Shown here: piece after piece, positions 55,976 to 64,000 of the stretch
Position numbering within the stretch: the first letter of the stretch is position 1
Layout of the letters: each line of letters starts with the position of its first letter
From: Patescibacteria group bacterium
Lineage (GTDB): Bacteria > Patescibacteriota > Patescibacteriia > UBA9934
Assembly (NCBI GenBank): GCA_041666205.1
Contig: JBAYHI010000001.1
Location: forward strand, 26,894 to 90,893
Direction of reading: 5' to 3'
DNA: 64,000 bases
The notes under the pieces: model-generated
What the model was told of the DNA's origin: nothing
Seen by the model: the letters and a program-made list of their open reading frames with translations, nothing else
Databases searched by the model: none
Made by a program: the position numbers and the translations under genes

Positions 55976-58363
55976 ATGATGAGCACAAACGGTTCTCGAT
56001 TCACAATTTGGTACGAAAAAATTGCCAAGCTTTTGCTCTATGCAATGGCATTCCTCATCCCTTTGGCCTATTTCCCTTGGACCGTTGATACGCTCGAGGT
56101 CAATAAGCAAACAATTTTGCTCGTTGGTGTTTCGCTTTTAACAATTGCCTGGCTTGGCACCATGGTCGCCCGAAAGCAATTTTTCTGGAAAAATAGCCCG
56201 TTCTTTTTGCTCGCCCTCCTTATATTGGCGGGAGTTGGGGTATCGACAATTTTTTCTATTGCTCCTTATCTTAGTTTGTTTGGAGAAGGGATGCAGGAGT
56301 ATACGAGCCTCTTGAGTACCTTAGGATTTATTTTATTGTTCATCGTTGGCTCGCATTATTTATCCGAAACTCGAGTACAACGTGTGCTTTTTGCTTGTCT
56401 TTTGAGCTCTTCTGCGCTTGTTGGCACCTCGATTCTTTTAGCGCTCATAAAGCTTCCAATCGTGAATACGAATTTTATTGGCACGCCAAACGGCTTGGGA
56501 CTTTTCTTGCTCATCATGTCCATTCTCGGGTTTGGACTTTGGCTTGCAGAAAATCCAATCAAGGAGACGCGTATTTTCTTAGAAGGTTGGAAAGGGTTGC
56601 TCGAAAAAATTGCAATTGGTGTCACAGGATTTTCCGCGCTCATTGTATTGCTCGGGCTTGATTATAATCCATTGTGGCTTCTTTCGATTTTGGGAATTGG
56701 TGCCATGTTTGCATTCGCCTTCGTTCGTGCCGAGGAATTCCCTCATACGTCTCGATTTATTCTGCCAATGATTCTTTTCGTTTTTTCGATTGTGTTTTTG
56801 TTCATTCCAAGCTTCATGGGCAATACGTTCGCGGTGGAGGTTTCTCCGTCTCACGCCGGGAGTATTGAAATCGTAAAAGGTTCACTTGGCGATACGTCGC
56901 TATTGTTTGGATCAGGCTCTGGCACATTTGCCATGGATTACGCTAAGTATCATTCCGCTGAAGTCAACGCAACAAATTTCTGGGATGTGCGATTTGATCG
57001 CGCAGTAGCGCATGTTTACACGATTCTTGCGACTAATGGAGTTGTAACGATGCTACTTTTCCTCATTTTCATCATTAGTTTGTGTCTCGCAGCTCTTTCC
57101 TCTCTCATTAAACAGCGCGTGCACGACGAATGGAAGATGACGTTTGTCGCATTTGCCGGTTGGATTGTGATCGTGGCAGGATTCTTCCTCTACTCGAGTA
57201 ACTTCACCATGCAATTTTTGTTCTGGACACTTTCGGCAATTCTTGTGGCACAACTTGGGCCTGAAGTAAAAGAATGGGCATTCAAAGAATCGCCACGTTA
57301 CGGACTTCTTACGGCATTTTTATTTGTCATCGTGAACGTTGGGCTTTTGACACTGCTTTTCGTGACAGCGTCTCGCTATGCTGCGGAAGTTTCTTATGCG
57401 CATGCGGTCAGCATTGATTCAACCGGGGCAGATGTTGAAGATGTGATTACCGATCTCGATACCGCGGCACGTCTAAACAAATGGAGCGACATCTATTATC
57501 GCAATCTTGGAAATGCGCTTTTGGTAAAAACCGCAAAGGAAATCGCCGCAAACAACCAAGATACAGCAGTTTTGCGTGATTTGGTTGCCGCAAGCATCAA
57601 CTCCGCCAAGCGTGCCACTGAACTTTCACCAAATAATGTTGTCAATTGGCATGTGATGGGGGATATTTATCGCGAAGTCGTGCCACTCGTTGGAAATTCT
57701 GATGTTTATGCGGTAGCTGCATATAAGAAGGCCTCGGAACTCGCTCCAACAAATCCTAAATATCTTGTGGCCCTGGCTCGTGCATATCTTGTCACGGCTG
57801 ATGCGCAGCAAACGCTACTTTCTAGCACCGACGAGGCAACCGCAAGCGATGCACAGCTAAAATGGGACGAAGCCATGAAGCAAGCCGAGGAGTCACTCGA
57901 CAAGGCGCTCATGCTCAAAACTGATTACGCGCTCGCTCAATACTATTTGGCGCTTGTTTACGAACGAAAAGGAAATCTAGCTGACGCAATCAAGGGCATG
58001 GAGTCGGTTCGCACCAGCAGTCCAAACGATGTTGGCGTTTCGTTCCAGTTAGCGCTTCTTTACTTGCGCCAAGGGAAAATGGATGAAGCAAAAACTGAAT
58101 TCGAGCGTGCGATTGGTATTGCGCCAAACTTTAGCAATGCGCTTTGGTACCTTTCAGCCATCTACGATGAGCAGGGCGATACGGCAAAAGCGATTGAAAT
58201 GATCAATAAGGTCAAAGAGTTAAATCCAGATAATGCGCTTGTTGATCAGCGTTTGCAGAGTTTGCAAAGTGGCGGATCGGTTACAACCGAAGAAACCCAG
58301 CCAATTGTCGAGGGTGAAAATCCCGCAACCGAGGTTGTACCAGGCGAAACAACGAATCCGTAG
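55976..58363 (+). CDS. Polytopic O-antigen-ligase/oligosaccharyltransferase-like protein with C-terminal TPRs
   Basis: About 12 TM helices, LFGSGSGTF and RFDRA loop, TPR pattern. Confidence 0.75.
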   Translation: MMSTNGSRFTIWYEKIAKLLLYAMAFLIPLAYFPWTVDTLEVNKQTILLVGVSLLTIAWLGTMVARKQFFWKNSPFFLLALLILAGVGVSTIFSIAPYLSLFGEGMQEYTSLLSTLGFILLFIVGSHYLSETRVQRVLFACLLSSSALVGTSILLALIKLPIVNTNFIGTPNGLGLFLLIMSILGFGLWLAENPIKETRIFLEGWKGLLEKIAIGVTGFSALIVLLGLDYNPLWLLSILGIGAMFAFAFVRAEEFPHTSRFILPMILFVFSIVFLFIPSFMGNTFAVEVSPSHAGSIEIVKGSLGDTSLLFGSGSGTFAMDYAKYHSAEVNATNFWDVRFDRAVAHVYTILATNGVVTMLLFLIFIISLCLAALSSLIKQRVHDEWKMTFVAFAGWIVIVAGFFLYSSNFTMQFLFWTLSAILVAQLGPEVKEWAFKESPRYGLLTAFLFVIVNVGLLTLLFVTASRYAAEVSYAHAVSIDSTGADVEDVITDLDTAARLNKWSDIYYRNLGNALLVKTAKEIAANNQDTAVLRDLVAASINSAKRATELSPNNVVNWHVMGDIYREVVPLVGNSDVYAVAAYKKASELAPTNPKYLVALARAYLVTADAQQTLLSSTDEATASDAQLKWDEAMKQAEESLDKALMLKTDYALAQYYLALVYERKGNLADAIKGMESVRTSSPNDVGVSFQLALLYLRQGKMDEAKTEFERAIGIAPNFSNALWYLSAIYDEQGDTAKAIEMINKVKELNPDNALVDQRLQSLQSGGSVTTEETQPIVEGENPATEVVPGETTNP

Positions 58364-58373
58364 GGAAATCGTC

Positions 58374-58531
58374 GTAGGGACATTGCGTGCAACGTCCATG
58401 AATAATGCATTTTTGTAGAGACGCGATTAATCGCGTCTCTACTTGCATCTGTACATATTCCGTCATCCTGAGCGATAGCGAAGGATCTCTCGAAGATTAT
58501 CCTGGGATTCTTCGCTGCGCTCAGAATGACG
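58374..58531. repeat. Cluster of REP-like palindromes (two GTAG-type, one CGTC-type)
   Basis: 58374-58397; perfect GTAGAGACGCGATTAATCGCGTCTCTAC 58415-58442; CGTCATCCTGAGCG...CGCTCAGAATGACG 58461-58531. Confidence 0.85.
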
Positions 58532-58584
58532 AAACAGGGATGTCTCTATTCAAAAATTCAAAATTTCGCTAGACTAGCCTCACT

Positions 58585-59658
58585 ATGCTGAGAGTTGGAA
58601 TTGTTGGCCTCCCAAATGTTGGAAAATCAACGTTTTTCACTGCGCTTACACGCAAGACTGTGGATTGCGCCAATTTTCCGTTTTGCACCATTGAGCCAAA
58701 CGTGGGCGTTGTTGAGGTGCCTGATGCTCGAGTGGATGTACTCACACAGATGTCACACTCAAAGAAGCGCATTCCAACCGCAATTGAATTTTTGGACATT
58801 GCTGGACTCGTTAAAGGCGCGCACAAAGGCGAAGGCTTGGGCAATAAGTTTTTGGCAAATATCCGTGAAACCGATATGATTGCGCACGTTGTTCGTGCAT
58901 TTGAAAACTCCGATATCATCCACGTCGATGGATCGGTGAATGCAATTCGAGATGCTGAAGTCATCGAAACCGAGCTCATGATGGCGGATTTGACAACCGT
59001 CGATAAACGCTACGACGCGATTGAACGTCGCGCGCTTGCAACCAAAGAAACCGCGCTTGTCACGGAAGTTGCTGGCCTCAAGAAATTTAAAGATGCGCTT
59101 GAGAGCGGAAAAATGGCGTCAACGGTGGTTTTGACCGACGATGAATATCTTATTCTCAAGGATTTACAGCTCATGACACAAAAACCCATGCTCTATATTG
59201 TGAATGTATCGGAAGACGAATTCAAAAAAGGGGATTGGAAATCGCCATTTGGACCAGATAAAATTGCAATTCCGATTTCTGTGAAAATTGAAGCAGAACT
59301 CTCCGCTATGCCTCCTGAGGAAGCAAAAGAGATGATGGGTGAGTTTGGAATGAAAGAGTCAGGCCTTGATTCCGTGATCCGAACCGCGTACGGAATGCTC
59401 GATCTCATTACGTATTTCACAACCGGCGAAGATGAAACACGCGCATGGACCATTAAGAAGGGCACAAAAGCGCCACAAGCAGCCGGCGTTATTCACACAG
59501 ACTTTGAAAAAGGATTTATTCGAGCCGAAGTGATTGGCTACGATGATTTCATCGCTTGCGATGGGGAAGTAAAAGCACGCGAAACCGGCAAATTGCGAGT
59601 TGAAGGAAAAGAATACGTCATGAAAGACGGGGATATTTGTCATTTTCGATTTGCGTAG
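58585..59658 (+). CDS. ychF: Redox-regulated ribosome-binding ATPase YchF
   Basis: GIVGLPNVGKST, FCTIEPN, DIAGLVKGA, GLGNKFL, TGS domain. Confidence 0.98.
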   Translation: MLRVGIVGLPNVGKSTFFTALTRKTVDCANFPFCTIEPNVGVVEVPDARVDVLTQMSHSKKRIPTAIEFLDIAGLVKGAHKGEGLGNKFLANIRETDMIAHVVRAFENSDIIHVDGSVNAIRDAEVIETELMMADLTTVDKRYDAIERRALATKETALVTEVAGLKKFKDALESGKMASTVVLTDDEYLILKDLQLMTQKPMLYIVNVSEDEFKKGDWKSPFGPDKIAIPISVKIEAELSAMPPEEAKEMMGEFGMKESGLDSVIRTAYGMLDLITYFTTGEDETRAWTIKKGTKAPQAAGVIHTDFEKGFIRAEVIGYDDFIACDGEVKARETGKLRVEGKEYVMKDGDICHFRFA

Positions 59659-59739
59659 GGGTCGGATTTCTCGACCCGCTCGGGCGAGGGAACCTCGCCC
59701 GTACGATGATTCGCCGTAGGGACGTTGCGTGCAACGTCC
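59655..59739 (+). repeat. Two GTAG-type REP-like elements, the first overlapping the ychF stop codon
   Basis: GTAGGGGTCG..CGACCC..GGGCGAGG..CCTCGCCCGTAC 59655-59704; 59716-59739. Confidence 0.75.
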
Positions 59740-59750
59740 ATTCTTTAAAC

Positions 59751-59790
59751 GAAAAAGCGGCTCTGCGAGACGATTGCAGATGCCGCTTGG
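59751..59790 (-). terminator. Terminator of the lytic transglycosylase cassette
   Basis: AAGCGGC...GCCGCTT stem followed by TTTCG on minus strand. Confidence 0.6.
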
Positions 59791-59799
59791 GGGAGAGAG

Positions 59800-60606
59800 T
59801 CACCAGCCTGGAATTTCACCGGCGGTGATTTTTTTGTCCGGCTGGACTTTTTCCCCTCGTAGAACGCGATCGGCCACAACCACAGCGCTCAAGACTTCCG
59901 TGACGTACCTTGTGCCCTGACTCTCATCCTTTCGGATTCGAGCCGGGCCCTTGTTGTACGCCTTGAGCCCAAGCTCACGACTCTGGAAACTCGTTTCGTA
60001 GACTCGAAGGGTTTCGAGTCCGATCACGATGTTTTCCAGATCGCTTGCTGTGGCATCGACCTCATCTTGCCCAAGTTTTCTCGCCGCGACCGCCTTTGCC
60101 TGGTCTGGCGCAAGGCTGATTTGCATGAGGCCTTGGCTTAGTTGCTTACAGCCATGGCTCTCATGTGTGATGATTCCGAGCGCAAATGCGAGTGGGTAGC
60201 CCGAGATTTTCGCAGCCTTTTCAATGACCGCGCGCTTCCTGAGGCACTTCCTCACGGATGCTTCCTCTCCGAGTCGATCCCGATTGTAGATTCGGGTGAC
60301 GCTTGGGAGGATGCTCGTATCGAAGGTTGAAACGCCCCTATGGGGCACAACCTTCTTGGTCGTCGGGTTTTGGGGCTGAGGTTTTTTTGCGCTCTTCGGC
60401 TTCTCGGCCGGCTTCTGCTTCACGACGGAAATCTGTTCCGCCGTAGCGTGTCGCCGGTCGACTCGAACGGTGACGGTTTCCTCTACAGCGGGCGCTGCGA
60501 GGACGATTTCTTCCTCCGCGGGTGCGGAGAAGGCTCCATAGAAGGCGAGGGCTCTGGCCATGAAATAGACCAGGCCGATCATGAGGCAGAAAATGAAGTT
60601 TTTCAC
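59800..60606 (-). CDS. Exported soluble lytic transglycosylase (SLT/lysozyme-like) domain protein, GC-rich
   Basis: GTG start with SD GGAG; N-terminal hydrophobic segment; HES, GLMQI, AYNKGP and YV..V motifs. Confidence 0.82.
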   Translation of the reverse strand: MKNFIFCLMIGLVYFMARALAFYGAFSAPAEEEIVLAAPAVEETVTVRVDRRHATAEQISVVKQKPAEKPKSAKKPQPQNPTTKKVVPHRGVSTFDTSILPSVTRIYNRDRLGEEASVRKCLRKRAVIEKAAKISGYPLAFALGIITHESHGCKQLSQGLMQISLAPDQAKAVAARKLGQDEVDATASDLENIVIGLETLRVYETSFQSRELGLKAYNKGPARIRKDESQGTRYVTEVLSAVVVADRVLRGEKVQPDKKITAGEIPGW

Positions 60607-60642
60607 TTCAATCTCCGATTTGGGGTAGGATTTTTGAGGGGA

Positions 60643-60693
60643 AATTTGAAAAGGGCAGGGCAATAAAATATCACAAAAAAGCCGTTTTGTCAA
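60643..60693 (-). promoter_or_regulatory. sigma70 promoter (inside upstream terminator hairpin) and degenerate boxA-like motif
   Basis: TTGACA 60693-60688, 17 bp, TGa-TATTTT; TGCCCTTTTCAAATT. Confidence 0.55.
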
Positions 60694-60713
60694 CGGCTTT
60701 TGTGTAATATTGG

Positions 60714-61886
60714 CTATTTTTTGATGAATCTCACAATGTGCCGCCCAACGAATTGATCGTCTCGCTGGTACAGGATATTTGCCGGGAAGTCGCCAAGGTC
60801 AAATCCGAGTTCTTGCATGATTTCCAAACCCTTTGTTTCAAATCGTTTCTTTTGAATGCAATGCACAGGGAAAGCCACAACAATCACTCCGCCCGGTTTC
60901 ATTACCTTATAGATAGCCGAAAAACTCTCGCGGTAAATGCTGTTTAAGTCTCGGATTGTTGCTTGAATGGTTTCTTCAACCTCGTAGCCAGTGCGCGGAC
61001 GTCCCAAAAATGGTTCCGTGACCACAATGTCGACGGATTCTTTCTCAATGTGCGCTTCGAGATTTTTTGCAGCGCTGACGAATAGGGAGAACGGCGGTAA
61101 TTCCTGTTGTTCCGAAATCCACGCCAGGTTTTCTTCCGAATCTTTGATTGCCTGCTCGTTAACGTCTGACCCGATCATTTTTTCGCATCCGATGAGTCCG
61201 GCCTCCATTAGCACAGTGCTCGAGCCACAAAATGGATCCAAAATCGTTTTGTCAGTAATGTCGCCGGCTAAATTGAGCATCATGCGTGCCAATTTTGGCG
61301 GAAGCATGCCTTGCTTTGCATTTCGCGCAGGTCGATCGAAGTCGCGATGCGACCAATCTTCAAAATCTTGGATCGTTTCGGTTTTTCCGATGTACACCTT
61401 ATCTTTTGTTGGTAAAATTACGAACTCGCAACCGCGCGCTAGCAAATCATTCTTGGCAATGGCTGCGCTTGAGAGCGTTTTGTCCTTTGAAACAACGAGT
61501 CGCGCGCTGTATCCTTGATCCTTGAGCGCGGTTTTCACGGAAAGTCCTAAAGACTGCGATTTATTTCGCCAATAGTCGGCTGAAGGTTTGTCGCCCATAT
61601 TGTAAACGCTCAAGCCTAGAAGCAATCGGCCTTCTTTTTCTTCGGCAATGAGGCTTTGCGCTAGAAATTCCACGAGTTCTTTTTGATCTTCGCGAATAAA
61701 CGAGCCAATAATGATGCCGATTTTTTGAATGCCAGCCAAACGCTTTTGCAAAACCTCTGGTTTTTCCTCTACATCGTCAAAAATAGCGATTTCCTCGCTC
61801 GAAACTGCCGGATCTGCATTTGTGACAGCTTTCCACTCTAATAAGGAAAGGCGGGGGTGGTTTCCCAATACCGTGAATAATTGCAT
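60714..61886 (-). CDS. SAM-dependent RNA methyltransferase (Trm11/TrmG10-like)
   Basis: GMLPPKLARMMLNL, ILDPFCGS, IVVTEPFLG. Confidence 0.82.
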   Translation of the reverse strand: MQLFTVLGNHPRLSLLEWKAVTNADPAVSSEEIAIFDDVEEKPEVLQKRLAGIQKIGIIIGSFIREDQKELVEFLAQSLIAEEKEGRLLLGLSVYNMGDKPSADYWRNKSQSLGLSVKTALKDQGYSARLVVSKDKTLSSAAIAKNDLLARGCEFVILPTKDKVYIGKTETIQDFEDWSHRDFDRPARNAKQGMLPPKLARMMLNLAGDITDKTILDPFCGSSTVLMEAGLIGCEKMIGSDVNEQAIKDSEENLAWISEQQELPPFSLFVSAAKNLEAHIEKESVDIVVTEPFLGRPRTGYEVEETIQATIRDLNSIYRESFSAIYKVMKPGGVIVVAFPVHCIQKKRFETKGLEIMQELGFDLGDFPANILYQRDDQFVGRHIVRFIKK

Positions 61887-61944
61887 AGCCTGATGATAGA
61901 GCTTTTGGGGATTCTGGTCAAAGAATGGGCCCGGGTACAGCTGT

Positions 61945-62121
61945 TTGACTTTCTGCAATTTTTCTGCTAATGTAGCGCGTTCTTTTGAAATAGAAATTTG
62001 AGTTGAAAGTGGCGTTTTGCCCCGATTATTTCGGGTCGAAAAGCCGCTTTCAACATTAGGGCCACTCATGTGTCCGTAGTCTCGGCGCATGAACCCCGGC
62101 GGCTTTTAAACGAGGTGTCCG
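61945..62121 (+). promoter_or_regulatory. sigma70 promoter, boxA-like motif and long hairpin leader
   Basis: TTGACT 61945-61950, 17 bp, TGc-TAATGT; GTTCTTTTGAAAT 61979-61991; GTTGAAAGTGGC...GCCGCTTTCAAC stem; SD GAGGTG. Confidence 0.7.
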
Positions 62122-62790
62122 ATGGCATCCATCGCTACCCTGGCCTCCTTCCTCGGCACTATCCAGAAGTTTCTGGGCATTTCGGCAAAGGACGGCCTGC
62201 CCGACGAATTCTACCAGAGGGTGATTGACGACCCTGTATTTCGCGGGCAGTTTGTCGCATGGGCGCAGGTTGAGCTTAACTCTACGGTTATCGCCGAACA
62301 TGACTCAGCACCGGCAGCGCGGAGCCTGCAGTCGATGATCGACCGGATGCGACGGAATCCGGTAGCGGATCCTGAAACCAGGCTAACGATCCCTCAGGTT
62401 GTGTGGGTGCTCGATCGCATCGTCAATGACGTTAAGGACCACGGTGTCCAATCGCTGTCGTTGAAAAGCGAGCATTGGCGGCGCTGGGTGATCAACATGA
62501 TCCCCGAGCTCACCTTTGATCGTGATGTCGAAGACGCCTTGAATGCGTTCGTCCGAGAATTCCACCTGGAGCTCCTTGATAGTCGGCTTATCGGGCAGAA
62601 CTCAAGGGATCTTGCGAACATGGGAGTGATTCAGGTGGAGGTCGTGAACGGAATCACGATGTACAATCCCAACCTTCCGTCTGGCTCCCAGGCAACCGTG
62701 GCGAGCATCCGACGCTGGGGCGTGCGTGGGACTACTCCTGTCCAGGCCGTTTACCGCAGCGCGCTCGTCGAGAGTGGCAATTGGGCGTAA
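62122..62790 (+). CDS. GC-rich orphan protein
   Basis: 222-aa ORF with SD, own promoter and 3' hairpin; no family recognised. Confidence 0.75.
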   Translation: MASIATLASFLGTIQKFLGISAKDGLPDEFYQRVIDDPVFRGQFVAWAQVELNSTVIAEHDSAPAARSLQSMIDRMRRNPVADPETRLTIPQVVWVLDRIVNDVKDHGVQSLSLKSEHWRRWVINMIPELTFDRDVEDALNAFVREFHLELLDSRLIGQNSRDLANMGVIQVEVVNGITMYNPNLPSGSQATVASIRRWGVRGTTPVQAVYRSALVESGNWA

Positions 62791-62821
62791 CCCCGTGAAC
62801 ATCTGCCTGCGAAGCAGACCT

Positions 62822-62886
62822 GCCGCATCTGCGGTGTGATCTCTCCATGTGAGGTCATGCCGGTCTCGGGTGCGGTTCTTTTATTT
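62822..62886 (+). terminator. Long 3' hairpin/terminator
   Basis: GCCGCATC..CGGTGTGATCTC/GAGGTCATGCCG..GGGTGCGGT followed by TCTTTTATTT. Confidence 0.65.
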
Positions 62887-63005
62887 GGGGAGCTTCGCCT
62901 CTGGGCTTGACTGATTCACTAGTTTTCGCTAATATTGCCACACTAATTCATAACATTGTCCAAGGCCCACAAGGCCGCCCCGTCGTACGGGGCCAATGAG
63001 AACCT

Positions 63006-63491
63006 ATGATCTACGAAATCCTCTCCATTATCCCTTCCAATTACTCTGATACAGAGATTGACGGGATTATTGGAAAAATCACGGCTGTTTGCGAAAAGCA
63101 GGGAGCCAAAGTCCAAAAGTCCGAGAATCTTGGGAAAATTCACTTGGCTTACCCAGTGAAAGCCTCGCACCATGGCACCTACGTGCTTCAATACGTTGAT
63201 GCTTCCACGGAAGTCATCGACAAAGTGAACCTCGATATTCGTCTTATGGACGAAGTTGCACGCCACCTCACGGTTGCTTGCGAAAACGGCATGCCAAAAG
63301 GCACATTCAAGATGGTTTCCTACGAAGCACCTCTTACTCCAGAAGGAAAACGAGCTACTTCAAAGACCGCTTCCGAAATGGCAGCGTCTGATGCTGCACC
63401 GGTTGCCGCTCCAATTGAAAAAATTTCCGTTACAGAGCTCGATAAGAAACTCGACGAAATCTTGGAGAGTGATATCGTATCTGATGTCTAA
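63006..63491 (+). CDS. rpsF: 30S ribosomal protein S6
   Basis: YEILSII, GKIHLAYPV, V.RHL; rpsF-ssb-rpsR synteny. Confidence 0.93.
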   Translation: MIYEILSIIPSNYSDTEIDGIIGKITAVCEKQGAKVQKSENLGKIHLAYPVKASHHGTYVLQYVDASTEVIDKVNLDIRLMDEVARHLTVACENGMPKGTFKMVSYEAPLTPEGKRATSKTASEMAASDAAPVAAPIEKISVTELDKKLDEILESDIVSDV

Positions 63492-63502
63492 CCCACATCA
63501 CT

Positions 63503-63946
63503 ATGTCGTCATCTCTCAATAAAGTCATGATCATTGGAAACCTTACCCGCGACCCAGAACTTCGCCAAACCACGAGCGGTCAGCAAGTTTGCACGATTGG
63601 CGTTGCAACTAACCGCACCTGGAACAATGCGCAGGGTGAAAAACAGGATCAGCCTGAATATCACACCATTGTTGCTTGGGGCAAATTGGCTGAAATCTGT
63701 GGGCAGTACCTCAAAAAAGGCAAGAAAGTCTATTTTGACGGCCGACTCCAGACCCGTGATTGGGAAGGGCAGGACGGTGTGAAGCGTTTCCGCACCGAAA
63801 TCGTTGCAGAAAACATGATCATGCTCGATCGACCATCAAGTGGTGGCGGCGATGCATTTTCTCCTCCAGCATCAGAACCAACGTTTGCGAAGAGCGAACC
63901 AGAGGTAAATTCCGAAGAAATTAAACTTGAAGATATTCCATTCTAG
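63503..63946 (+). CDS. ssb: Single-stranded DNA-binding protein
   Basis: LNKVMIIGNLTRDPELR, GRLQTR.W, C-terminal DIPF. Confidence 0.98.
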   Translation: MSSSLNKVMIIGNLTRDPELRQTTSGQQVCTIGVATNRTWNNAQGEKQDQPEYHTIVAWGKLAEICGQYLKKGKKVYFDGRLQTRDWEGQDGVKRFRTEIVAENMIMLDRPSSGGGDAFSPPASEPTFAKSEPEVNSEEIKLEDIPF

Positions 63947-63949
63947 ACT

Positions 63950-64000
63950 ATGGCAAAAACAAAAACCATTGGAACAAAAGAGCGATATTGCAACTTTTGT
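63950..64000 (+). CDS. rpsR: 30S ribosomal protein S18, 5' fragment
   Basis: MAKTKTIGTKERYCNFC (CxxC) directly after ssb; truncated by window. Confidence 0.75.
   Translation, partial: MAKTKTIGTKERYCNFC

Noticed and set aside
62955-63005. S6:S18-binding leader upstream of rpsF
   Set aside because: A GCCCCGT/ACGGGGC hairpin is present, but I cannot verify the family consensus by eye.
1-64000. Alternative genetic code (UGA=Gly)
   Set aside because: Conserved genes are uninterrupted under code 11 and some (xer, holA) end at TGA at the expected length.

Overview
Chromosomal window spanning the replication origin (dnaN-oriC-dnaA-rpmH-rnpA-yidD) of a small-genome bacterium, most consistent with Patescibacteria/CPR (inference from gene content and style; TGA is used as stop). 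It holds housekeeping genes (tig, pnp, rpsO, polA, holA, rpsT, ychF, rpsF-ssb-rpsR, xth, rmuC, comM, lspA, a Xer-type recombinase), five tRNAs, an Fe-S assembly/redox operon, a K+-independent H+-PPase, cell-wall enzymes and a 15-kb surface-structure operon ending in a ~2,670-aa repeat fibre with two tandem chaperone-like domains. The most unusual signal is a set of dispersed, self-contained units: five GC-rich orphan genes and one ~460-nt structured non-coding locus. Each has a near-consensus sigma70 promoter, a structured leader and its own terminator; most have an rrn-type boxA-like motif; the five genes all have Shine-Dalgarno sites, whereas core genes look largely leaderless or SD-less. 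Also seen: DnaA-box clusters far from oriC, several REP-like palindrome families (one translated in-frame within the fibre), and a rearranged duplication of the tRNA-His 3' end. All product calls come from motif recognition by eye, not database searches.
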